Positions 1 through 9,801 of a stretch of 23,666 nucleotides of DNA are shown piece after piece; within the stretch, counting starts at the first letter, position 1, and each line of letters opens with the position of its first letter. Source of the stretch: Amoeboradix gromovi X-113 (taxonomy: Eukaryota > Fungi > Sanchytriomycota); contig JADGIF010000069.1 in NCBI GenBank assembly GCA_018985225.1, forward strand, positions 1-23,666. The letters run 5' to 3'. Under the pieces are notes generated by a model, which was not told the DNA's origin, made no database searches, and was given only the letters and a program-made list of their open reading frames with translations. The position numbers were made by a program, and so were the translations under genes.

Positions 1-10
1 AATACAATCA

Positions 11-120
11 ATGAAAGAAAATTGGTATGATAGAAGATCTTTTATTAATGATAGCATTTCCTCCGTATGGTGCACCTCCTTTAAATACGAGTTAGTCTAG
101 TTTTTATATTTGGTGTCCCC
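11..120 (+). mobile_element. Right end of a TIR element of the Fanzor1-like family (element continues left of the window)
   Basis: 11-120 aligns to 8884-8990 with 6 substitutions and one 3-nt indel. It ends in the shared 29-bp terminal repeat TTAGTCTAGTTTTTATATTTGGTGTCCC(C/A) at 92-120, and similarity stops abruptly after it. Confidence 0.8.
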
Positions 121-388
121 ACTGTATCATTCCGAACACCTTGTTAAACATTCTTAATTCTTTGTTTAGTTATGAAAACACAATACTTACCACTGAAACT
201 ATGGATTTTGCAACCTTCTGAGCCCACTATTCCATAGTGAGTAGAGATTGACAATGTTAAAATAATAAGAACCAGAGTACTTATTACGCTATTTTCGTGT
301 GTAAATATCACAATAGAACGGGTTCAAAGCATTTTAGGGTCTCAAATAGTTGTGGCATTTTTAAAATGTGACCACAGTGGGTGAAAGG

Positions 389-703
389 ATGTCACAAGAG
401 GATGAGTTACTTACAACTCAGAAGATTCAATTATTAAATCAGAGTGATGACGGAACATGCGCTACATATAGTGTTGAAAATGAAGATCACACGTTAGGTA
501 ATTTACTTCGGTGGATGTTAATGAAAGATGAAAGGGTTGAATTGGCTGCTTACTCCATACCCCATCCTAGTGACAATAGGATACATCTGCGAATACAAAC
601 AATTAACCATTCTGCTACTCTTATCTTGGATGAGGCGCTGACTAATTTAGTGGAGTTGGTTGATTATTTAAGGTCTTCTTGGGAAGAAGAAACTGCTCGC
701 TAG
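389..703 (+). CDS. RPC19: RNA polymerase I/III subunit AC19 (RPAC2, RPB11-like)
   Basis: Motifs NEDHTLGNLLR and AAYSIPHPSDNRIHLRIQT are typical of AC19. First ATG is at 389 (the ORF track starts at GTG 368). Confidence 0.92.
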   Translation: MSQEDELLTTQKIQLLNQSDDGTCATYSVENEDHTLGNLLRWMLMKDERVELAAYSIPHPSDNRIHLRIQTINHSATLILDEALTNLVELVDYLRSSWEEETAR

Positions 704-896
704 AAATGTATCCAGTAATAAATTTAGTATCCTTGGGAATCATGTGTTTTGTTAATTGAACCCTTCAATGTATGCGCCTAACCTTAATTTGACGCAGTCA
801 TCGATTTTGATTGAATAAAAACAGTTTAATTCCTTTTTGTCGTTTTGGGATCTCTATATTCTAAAAAACTATGACTTTTAATGCGGAGGTAAAGAT

Positions 897-1409
897 TTAC
901 TGTATGGGTTCGTTATTGTTTGCCCATCTCTTGAATGCAAGGGTTCTGTTAACTATTGCTGACGTAATGGCTAAGAGAATAAATAATCCAGTAATTAGTA
1001 TACATATCTTTGCTAGCTGAGTTTGAGCGTCTAGGCTATTTAGTTGCTCGCTATTCACAAGTGGGTATGGTAAACTTACTAAATATCCCAAGCCAACTGG
1101 AGAAAAAATTCCATAAAGCATTAGTGCAACATATGCACTCGACACTACAACTAAATTGAAAATTGAAATGTTTATGTTCATAGGGGTTGGATTAACAAGA
1201 CTGTTGTACCCTAATATCGACATAGGTGCAAGAGATATAACAAAGCTAGATGGAAGGCGCAGATTACTTATGTCAACTAAGAATAAAAAAGTTATCAAAA
1301 AAAGCATAGTAGCGTAGAAGCCTTTTAGTCCGACTACAATGCCACAACAACAAAATCTTGGCTGGATATTCATATCAATTGCTGGAAAAGAAAACAATTC
1401 ATCGACCAT
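897..1409 (-). CDS. Hypothetical multi-pass membrane protein
   Basis: About 170 aa from ATG 1409, with about four hydrophobic segments and an N-terminal RFCCC motif. Family not recognised. Confidence 0.6.
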   Translation of the reverse strand: MVDELFSFPAIDMNIQPRFCCCGIVVGLKGFYATMLFLITFLFLVDISNLRLPSSFVISLAPMSILGYNSLVNPTPMNINISIFNLVVVSSAYVALMLYGIFSPVGLGYLVSLPYPLVNSEQLNSLDAQTQLAKICILITGLFILLAITSAIVNRTLAFKRWANNNEPIQ

Positions 1410-1546
1410 GTAAAGGACACCCCTTAAGAAAATGCCATAGTGGTAAATGACCAATCAGTTACTGCAAGCAGTGGAAAGTATTCGTCAAACGAGAACCAAG
1501 GATTTAGTTTTAATGTGGAAATTCAGCACTGCTTATTGTTTCAGTC

Positions 1547-2983
1547 ATGATTTATAACTCACTACAAAAACTGAACTTTGGAGGTAGATTGACAAGAACT
1601 GGATCCATAAACCAAGCTGTAGAAGATTTGATAGGTGTTGTAAACATGAACCCAAATCAGATGCCTATGCTAAAAATGGCTCTGTTTTATTTATTTTTCA
1701 CAAGATCAGACTTAAAAAGTATCAACATGATTGTAGACCATTTGGAATTTGGTTATGTATGTGATGATATACTACAAGTGATTGGTCTTTACTCATCATT
1801 GGAGTACACATCAACAGTTGAGCGTATGCAAAAGATATTGAGACATTACGATGAAAAGATAGTATGGAAAGAAGGAGGCTTATTAGACAGTGATTTCCGA
1901 AAAAAGTCGATTTTTAGAAAGTACGGAAACTCTATATCTTCCACAATACTGCAAATTGTTTCAGAAGTAGGTTTTACTACTATAAGCTTTCTCAGATTAG
2001 TGTCATTCACAAAAAGTCTGGTTTTATATGTAGAGACTAGCGCTGCACCTAGCTTTCTTACTTTGGTTCCAGAACTATTGAAAAGATGGAAGATGATGGC
2101 GGCTTCGGACTGCGCCTTGTATTCTCCAATAATTTTGAGATTGATTTCTTCGTTGTCTAATTTACTAGGAGAATCATTGACTACTAGGTCTATCTGGCCT
2201 AGACTTGTGAGCGATACTCATACTTTATGCTACAACCCTTTTCAAAGCTCTGTAGACGTTCAGTTGTTTCGATGTACGATAAATAAGAACGATAACAGTG
2301 CTGAAGTAAGAGGACTTGCAGATTTTTACTGCATTGAATCAAACTTACTATCCTCACTGGGTGAAAATCCTGTTGAAACTATTAATGCTTTAAATATTCT
2401 GCAAGAGCGCCACATTGCTGCGGCCACAAAGGCTTTGTGGTATATTAACTATTTGAAATCCAGTAGTTTGGCGCATAAAACTGTTATCACAGTATTAAAG
2501 AATGTGATAAAAATGAGTCCACAGTCCAACCAAAAGATTATTGCCAAATATGCGACGGAATTTAAACAGCAATTAGTCGACAGTAATCTAATCAGCACTT
2601 TAGGGTACATTGATCTTGATATTCCTGATATGGCACACCTGTTACCACCATACGAATACATTTTAGAATATAAGAAACTGAGCTGGACTTACTTCCCACA
2701 ATTCTACATGGCCTTTCTTTCCAGATTTAAGTTCTTCAAACTGGAGCATAAATCGCATTTATTTGAGCATTTGGGATATTTGTTGCATGCTATTTGTTTA
2801 AAGAGCTGTTTTTCGGAGGAAAATTTAAATATTCTGCTTCAAAATCAACATAACCTAGTTCAGGAGTTATTGGGTATCTACTTACTTCACACAGAGTTTA
2901 AGTATCCAAAAATTGCATGCTTAAGTGCTAATAATGAAAACTTGATACTTCGTAGTGCTTTGAACTACTTCAAGAATTTGTAA
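1547..2983 (+). CDS. Hypothetical protein (Leu-rich, probably helical)
   Basis: 478-aa ATG-started ORF whose stop overlaps AATAAA. No recognised motif. Confidence 0.7.
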   Translation: MIYNSLQKLNFGGRLTRTGSINQAVEDLIGVVNMNPNQMPMLKMALFYLFFTRSDLKSINMIVDHLEFGYVCDDILQVIGLYSSLEYTSTVERMQKILRHYDEKIVWKEGGLLDSDFRKKSIFRKYGNSISSTILQIVSEVGFTTISFLRLVSFTKSLVLYVETSAAPSFLTLVPELLKRWKMMAASDCALYSPIILRLISSLSNLLGESLTTRSIWPRLVSDTHTLCYNPFQSSVDVQLFRCTINKNDNSAEVRGLADFYCIESNLLSSLGENPVETINALNILQERHIAAATKALWYINYLKSSSLAHKTVITVLKNVIKMSPQSNQKIIAKYATEFKQQLVDSNLISTLGYIDLDIPDMAHLLPPYEYILEYKKLSWTYFPQFYMAFLSRFKFFKLEHKSHLFEHLGYLLHAICLKSCFSEENLNILLQNQHNLVQELLGIYLLHTEFKYPKIACLSANNENLILRSALNYFKNL

Positions 2984-3273
2984 TAAACTTTTTATTTGTT
3001 CTAATCTTGCCATTCTGTTTTAGGTCAGAAGTGATTACTTTAATTTAAGACTTCTAGTTTTTACAAGAAGTAGTATTAGTTGAAGAGTTGTTTTACCAGT
3101 CGGACTTAACCTTAATCTAGTACGCCTATAAATGTCTACTTTAGTCTCAGATCAAATCTAATTAAAATTGAAGATACCAATGAGCTTACTTCTAAAGCAA
3201 TGAAAATAGTGGCCGATCGCTAATGTACTTGTACTCTCAATTTCATATTTTTCCTTTATATATTTTTTGTTGC

Positions 3274-6073
3274 ATGTCTGTTACAGAAGATTTGATTACA
3301 TTTATAATCTCTCAGCCGCCAAGCTGGCAAGCACCTGTAATCCCTTCTTCGAAAGACAAATCTCCTACTTTAACAAGCATAGCCCAATCTTTGCAATCCA
3401 CACAATTGGATAAATTAACTAGTCAGTTAATACCTCCTCTCATGTACCAAGATGCAGGCTTGCCCTCGGTTCAGCAAGTTAAAAACAGTATAGAAAACGA
3501 GAAAAACGAGGATCGCATTGTTGTCTATTTGAAGCAGTTAATCATTTTAACCTTGAACGGTATAAACACTGATTCTTGTTTAATGTCTGTAATTCGCTTT
3601 GTAATGCCTCGTAAGAATAAAGCGCTTAAGAAACTGTTGCACCTTTATTGGGAAATATGTCCCAAATACACTGTTGCTAACAATAAAAAGACTCTTAAAC
3701 ATGAAATGGTTTTGGTTGTTAATGCTTTACAACATGATCTAAGCAGCGCTAATGAATATATACGCGCCAATACTCTTCGTTTAATTGCCAAACTACAAGA
3801 ACAAGAACTTTTGGAACCTTTAGTGCCTCATCTGCGTCAATGTCTAGAACATAGGCATCCGATCGTAAAGAAACTGGCAATCATTACGATATCAAAGGTC
3901 TATTTATTATATAATCACCTTATACCTGATACTAGCGAACTGTTTTTCAATGTACTACTAGAATCAAATGATCCTATCATTAACCGTACCATTCTAGGCG
4001 TATTATTCCATAGCCACCCCTTATTGTTAGTTGACCATCTTAGTAATCCTGTTCATTTATCTCAGTTGCTACAAAGTGATGAGAATACCTTGCTGCTGTT
4101 GATACAAATATTAATGAAGTACTCGAGCAAATCGCCACTATTTCTTAAATCCATTTATTCCTTGTTAAACAGCCAGTATCAAAGTGTGCAATTCGAAGCT
4201 GCTTCTACGCTCTCTACTGTTACTAAATCAGATTCGATAATCAAACAATGCGCCGAGTGTTTGTTAACCATCATCAAATCATCAAGTGATATCAATGTTA
4301 AGTTGATAGTACTGAATGAGCTAGATAGGGTGTTAAACTCTAACAGCATCAAAGGCCTTAGTCATTATGCTACTGATGTTTTAAGCTGTTTGAACTCCAT
4401 TGATCCATTTGTGCAATCTAAAGCATTAGAGCTAAGTGTATTACTAGTAGATGGGAAATCAATTGATCCAGTTGTTCAAGTGTTATTAGGCCAGCTAGTT
4501 GGCGCCAACCCCTCGTTCCAACAAGTAATTCTGGACACTCTTCAACAATTAACCGTTCAATATCCTTTGATAGCCAACGGACTGTTAGGGGTGCTATTGC
4601 AAGTGCTATTTCAAGAATCAATTCAAAGTCCAGTCACAAGTCTTCCAACAACTTCAACTAGTACCACCTCTATTAGTGTAGACATCCTGCTATTCATTCA
4701 GACGATTTTGACACGGCTACCTAGCAGCAGGCATCTTGTAATTGTTAGACTGATGAACGAGTTTAATAGCATTGAAAGTGGAAAAGTGTTGAGAAATGTT
4801 TTATGGATGTTGAGTGAGTTTAGTGATGAAGAGCAGCTAGAATTAGTTTTTAATAAAATCACACAGGGATTGCAAAACTCGCCAGTGGATAACTCGCCAG
4901 CAGCAGCCACCACGGATAAGGCAGTGATAAACACCACCAATGTTTCGTCATTGCTGCAGATCATGAACCGAGGAGACTACTTTACTGCCAGCGTTCTTGG
5001 TAGCACTTTGGTCAAGTTAGTGTACAAATTAAAGAATGATGAAAATGCCAAGTGCAAGGCAATGTTGAGTATCAGCTATATACTCAGACTAGGTCAATCA
5101 AGCGCAATTATGATTGATGAGGATAGTTTTGATCATTTACATACTTGTTTGAATATGCTACTACACCCGACTGATGAGCTGATATCTCTAATGACTCAAC
5201 CTGCCCCTGATCATGCTCCAGCTACAATTCAGCATAAAATGCCTATTGTTAAAGCTTTTGAAACCATTAACTTTGGATTTCCTACACTCATGGATAGAGT
5301 AGTGGAAGACGCAGGTATAATGCAGATGAATTCGAAGAAGCAAGGGAAGCTAAACAAGATTATACAGCTGACTGGGTCTAGCGATGACATATATTGCGAA
5401 ACATATGTAAATGTACAGTTATACGACATAATATTAGATTTAATCATAGTAAATATGACAAACAAAGTATTGCAGAACGTTGCGCTAGAATTTAGCACTT
5501 TGGGTGATTTGAAATTAATTGAGAAACCAGGAGTATTTAATATTGGGCCCTATGGTACTAGACAGGGAATGAAGCAGATAAAAGCTAACATTAAAGTGTC
5601 TTCAACTGAAACGGGTGTGATATTTGGAAATATATTCTACAACGATACGAGTATTAACCTGGTAATTGCAACTAATAAAGGGAGAGATACACGTTGATAT
5701 CCTAGACTACATTATACCAAGTACTATTTCGGACTTGCAATTCAGAAGCAATTGGACTAGCTATGAATGGGAGAATAAGGTTTATATAAGCACATCTATA
5801 ACAAATTGTATTGAATACTTGGAAAATTTGACTAATAGCACTAACTTAAAATGCTTAAATGAAGATTTAGAAGAGTTGCAAGAAGGGGGTGTCTTGGCTT
5901 GTAATTTGTACTGCAAAAGTGTCTTCGGAGAAGACGCCTTGGCCAATGTATGTATAGAACAATATGGGAATGAGCCTGTTACTGGGCATGTAAGAATTAG
6001 AGCAAAAACACAGGGTATAGCATTGAGTTTAGGAGACAAGATAACAATGGCGCAGAAGACTTTTGGCAAATAA
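3274..6073 (+). CDS. COPB1: Coatomer subunit beta; exons 3274-5661 and 5681-6073
   Basis: Motifs LKKLLHLYWEI, ANEYIRANTLR, LEHRHPIVKK, QLTGSSDDIYCE, VSSTETGVIFGNI, WEN, SVFGEDALAN and GHVRIRAKTQGIALSLGDKI. The two track ORFs join in frame (..SINL|GEIHVDILDYI) on removing GT..AG 5662-5680. Confidence 0.95.
5662..5680 (+). other. 19-nt spliceosomal intron in beta-COP
   Basis: GTAATTGCAACTAATAAAG. Removal restores the frame into the conserved IHVDILDYI block; it contains a branch-like ACTAAT. Confidence 0.8.
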
Positions 6074-6907
6074 ATGTTTATTAAGTCATCTTCGGTTTAT
6101 TTATCTTACAAACTCTGTAATTTTAAATGGCGAGTTGAGAGCAGCTAGTTGCAACCACGTTCAACCGGAGGCGTGAAAGTGAAAAAGACAATAAATAAAC
6201 AACTCTCAATATCATAGGACTTCTTTTTATTGGTAATGGTATTTTGTCACCATTCAACACTTTGCAGATCTACGACTTGGAGCAATTTTTTCCCAAGTTG
6301 TCTACACTTGAGAAGTGTGGGCTTTGAAATCTTCATGATTTTCGAATTCTTCACATTTAACGTAGGCGGAGGCTATCTTTGTGTTTATAAGACATTAAAT
6401 TGATAATCTTTTTCACAAATTCATTACCTTGAGGTTTCTATTGGCATGGCTTCTCATTTTATTATTGCACGCCTTGGCTTGTCCGCCATATAGTAAGTAT
6501 GTACTTGTGAATGACCATGTCCAAAGTCCTTTAATAACTCTGAGAACTGGAAAGTCATTAAACTAAGCAGCAACTACCCAGTAGAGAATTCGATGCGATT
6601 AATAGTAATTTGGTTGACTTTGAGTAAGTTAATGTATGGAAAAAACATCTTTTACGCTGGCCAGAAAAATGATGTTTTCATCATTAAATCGCAAGGTAAT
6701 CATAAAAGAAATGACTTTATTACATCACATAACTTAGAAAACCCAGTATACTACAGGATGAATAGTTTTCGATTATCATTGCGCTCTATAATCAATATAT
6801 ATACATCTCATGCAAATAGCATGGGCTGCAGAAAATAGAGCTTGAATTATTCCCTTCGCAATAACCATCATGGCTGGATGGCTGATTTATGAATGTCATA
6901 AAACAGG

Positions 6908-7372
6908 ATGATACAAATAAGTCCTCGTTTTGGTGTCCAATTTTGGAAACAGTTTAAATTAGGACACCTACAATTCAAAAAAGTAGATCTGAAGTACTAT
7001 CTAACTCCAGAAAAGCTAAATATGGAGGAAATAAAAAGTAGAGACATCAAAGCTTTGCAAAAAGCCAGTTTGAAGCATGAACTATTTATAACAAAAGACA
7101 GGCTTGTAAAACAGCTATACGTGGATCAAGACAATCTCTTTTTGGCGAAATGGCATTTGGATGTGGAGAAAGACGGATTATTACACACAAAATTTATATA
7201 TTCTCTTCCGGTTTCAAGAAGCGTTGTTTTGGAGGCTGACCTCTTTCCTAGGAAATCATACACTCAACGAACTCTATATACTCTGCATGAAAAAGATGCG
7301 AAGGAACCGGAAGATTGGACTGCGCTACCTGTTTTAGGATTCCATGCTGTAATTCAATCCAAAAATAAATAG
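6908..7372 (+). CDS. Hypothetical protein or gene remnant
   Basis: 154-aa ATG ORF within a degraded accessory region. No recognised motif. Confidence 0.4.
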   Translation: MIQISPRFGVQFWKQFKLGHLQFKKVDLKYYLTPEKLNMEEIKSRDIKALQKASLKHELFITKDRLVKQLYVDQDNLFLAKWHLDVEKDGLLHTKFIYSLPVSRSVVLEADLFPRKSYTQRTLYTLHEKDAKEPEDWTALPVLGFHAVIQSKNK

Positions 7373-7872
7373 ACTTTAGCTTACATTTGTCTGCATAAAT
7401 AGTATAAGCCTTGAAGAAATACCTGCTGAGTGTTACTAAACTCATTATCTATCTTAATGATAGTCCTTTAAGAGTTTTCTATCTGCATAGAAACAGAAAA
7501 TTCTGTTCTTCTCATTTATGACAAATGATTACAAACTAACACAACCATAAAATGCCAAACCTAAAGATGCCACCAGTAGATAAAGAATAAGTCTTGCAGC
7601 AAGACCTATTCGACGCCTCTCAACGTCAGCAAATGGATTTATGTACCATTAGAACACATCAATGTGCCGCTGGTTGTCTCCATCTCTTCTCAAAAGAGAC
7701 TCTTTTATATGAGACTTTCATCAAGCAAGAAAAAAGAGAATCATCAACAGCATGTCATTGATTTCGTCTTAGGACTTTGCAGCCATAAGGATTAATGAAT
7801 ACCATGGCAGTTGTCATTTGCTAGTGGAAAAAAGTGGAATGGCAGTGAGTAAAATATACAGAAATATATACA

Positions 7873-8256
7873 TCATTTCTTTTCACAAAGTAGCAGCTCG
7901 ATGACGTTCAAACTATTTATTAAAACCGCTCCGTTACATTGATTGCTTACGCTTTCACTACCCTGAGGTGGGATAGAATTAGGATGCAGATACTTGATGT
8001 ATATGTTCCTTGCTACCATATGCTCTCTATCTATCTTCAAATGACGCTTTGTACAGGCTCAGGTCTCTAAATTAATTTTGTTTAGAGTACCACACCTTGT
8101 ACATGTCTGACTAGTAAATGCCACAGTACGTTCAACCATCGTCTTTCGTCTTTGTTCACATTTGAACTTCAAGCGTTCCTTGAATAAATTGTGCAGATAT
8201 CTCTTTCCTGGCGTCGAAAGACATCTAATTGTTCCATGTTTGGACCTGTTGTTTAT
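7873..8256 (-). pseudogene. TnpB/Fanzor2-like RNA-guided nuclease, C-terminal remnant
   Basis: Manual translation: RYLHNLFKERLKFKCEQRRKTMVERTVAFTSQTCTRCGTLNKINLET*ACTKRHLKIDREHMVARNIYIK. This matches the TnpB RuvC-II (E..TSxxCxxCG), zinc ribbon and RuvC-III (DRDxNxARNI) region. It has an in-frame TGA at 8061-8059, and the catalytic positions read V and E. Confidence 0.85.
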
Positions 8257-8513
8257 TTAGATTTGATATATTCGGGATTACATCCATTAATTCCATTTAC
8301 CATTTGTGAAAAGGAAGAATATTGAGTGCTTAAGCTATTGGAAAAATCCGGAAAAGTCATGCAATTGTATAAAAATACATACAAATTCGTGATAAATGAT
8401 TTATTCAAGAAAACAATCGAGCTGTTTAAATGTGATTCTCTTACTCTTTCATCCAATCTTTATTTCAAATAAACCTCTGATTCATAATAGGGTATATTTT
8501 CATTTAAGCACTA

Positions 8514-8543
8514 TCCAGAAAGAACTGTCCAGAAAGAACTGTC
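8514..8543 (+). repeat. 14-bp tandem duplication TCCAGAAAGAACTG x2
   Basis: Exact copies at 8514-8527 and 8528-8541, followed by a partial TC. Confidence 0.9.
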
Positions 8544-8577
8544 TTGCCCATAAATAGAGACCTTTCCTAATAAAAGA

Positions 8578-8970
8578 ATGGCCAAGAGAAAGCAAAAGCT
8601 TTCATACACCAGTAAATCAAAGAAGAAAAAGCCGGACACTGACATTGAAGAAGATGTAGTTGTTGGAACAGTTAAAACGAAATTGAAATTCAGCAAGACT
8701 GTCCATAGATTGCACTTCAAAGAAATAGATAAGAGTAACGATGTTAGTATAACATTACAAAATGACTCTAGAAAAGAGTACCGTCTAAGAAAATGCACCT
8801 TTTGCTTAGATGCTCAAAGAACTCATATATTTGAACGAGATGCAGTGTATTCTAGTTTTATTTTGAAGAAGGGATTGAAAGTAATGAAAGAAAATTGGTA
8901 TAATAGAAAATCTTTTATTAATGATAGCATTTCCTCCGTATGGAGCACCTTTAAAAACGAGTTAGTCTAG
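8578..8970 (+). pseudogene. Internally deleted Fanzor1-like ORF (130 aa)
   Basis: A basic NLS-like N-terminus (MAKRKQK..KSKKKK) and VGTVKTKL strand are joined to a TnpB/Fanzor-type C-terminus, YRLRKCTFC..HIFERD..SSFIL (CxxC at 8794-8805, RD at 8836-8841). The stop codon lies inside the terminal repeat. RuvC-I and RuvC-II are absent. Confidence 0.55.
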
Positions 8971-8990
8971 TTTTTATATCTGGTGTCCCA
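8962..8990 (+). repeat. 29-bp terminal inverted repeat (right end of the Fanzor1-like element)
   Basis: TTAGTCTAGTTTTTATATCTGGTGTCCCA; same family as 92-120, 12858-12886 (inverted) and 13118-13146. Confidence 0.85.
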
Positions 8991-9015
8991 TTAATTTGAT
9001 TACTGATAACGTAAC

Positions 9016-9801
9016 ATGGAGTCGGACGATTGCGCTTTGGATCCAATGGAGGTCGAACTTCAAATATTAAATTATGCTTATCAAAAGCACTATGAAGCAT
9101 TCCAAAAGCAGCTTATAGTCAAAGAAACGGAATTCCACAAGTCTTTGAATAACTTATGGATTGCAAGGAGTGAGATTTTACAAAAATACGACAAATCCAT
9201 TTGGTATAACTGTTTTTGTAATCACCCAGTGCTTCGCAACTATATAAATGAGGAGGATGAGAAGGTCTTTGCCTTTATTTATGATATTGAACTGTTGTTT
9301 ATACAAGGTGGATTTGAGTTGCATTTCAAATTCAAGCCAAACACTTATCTAAAGGAGTTGCTAGTCATTAAGCAGTACAAGTATATCTCTGACGATGCAG
9401 AAAAAGACGATTCTTTTTTGGACATCACTAAATTGCCCATAGACTTGCCTGCGGTACCAAAATCCGATATACCTGGGGTGCAATTTGAGAACACATTTAC
9501 TACTCCTGTCTCTTGGACTACTAACATACTTACCAAGACAATCAATAAGAAACAGAGAAATAAGCACACAAACCAAGTCAGGGTGTTGACTACTGAGATA
9601 GTTCTGGACTCCTTTTTCCATTATTTTGAAGATCATGGCAAGTCTTCCCGAGATCCGGAGCTGTCCCAAATTGATATAGATATTGCGGATGCTATCAAAG
9701 ATGACGTCATCCCTAATTTATACATCTGGTATGTAGGTGACAATCTAGATGGAAATGATTTATTAACTAGCTCTATGGATCAACTCGATATCAATAACTA
9801 A
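9016..9801 (+). CDS. NAP1: Nucleosome assembly protein (NAP1/SET family)
   Basis: W..CFCNHP..I.EEDE, FELHFKFKPNTY..L.IKQY, KTINKKQRNK..VR, DSFFHYF and IKDDVIPN..WYVG match the NAP family. Confidence 0.9.
   Translation: MESDDCALDPMEVELQILNYAYQKHYEAFQKQLIVKETEFHKSLNNLWIARSEILQKYDKSIWYNCFCNHPVLRNYINEEDEKVFAFIYDIELLFIQGGFELHFKFKPNTYLKELLVIKQYKYISDDAEKDDSFLDITKLPIDLPAVPKSDIPGVQFENTFTTPVSWTTNILTKTINKKQRNKHTNQVRVLTTEIVLDSFFHYFEDHGKSSRDPELSQIDIDIADAIKDDVIPNLYIWYVGDNLDGNDLLTSSMDQLDINN

Noticed and set aside
368-387. Possible 20-nt GT-AG intron splitting an upstream ATG of RPC19
   Set aside because: Not required for the protein and lacks the AACTWAT motif of the two supported introns.
5555-5565. GTACTAGACAG as a micro-intron in beta-COP
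   Set aside because: Only 11 nt, and removal would break the frame.
6360-6480. Minus-strand KPQGNEFVKKII, integrase-like
   Set aside because: A single short motif among stop codons with no DDE context.
6593-6838. 81-aa ORF, possibly joined to 6908-7372
   Set aside because: No motif, and no convincing intron to link the frames.
7620-7830. Plus-strand fragment vaguely like a Tc1/IS630 DDE segment
   Set aside because: No catalytic residues identifiable.
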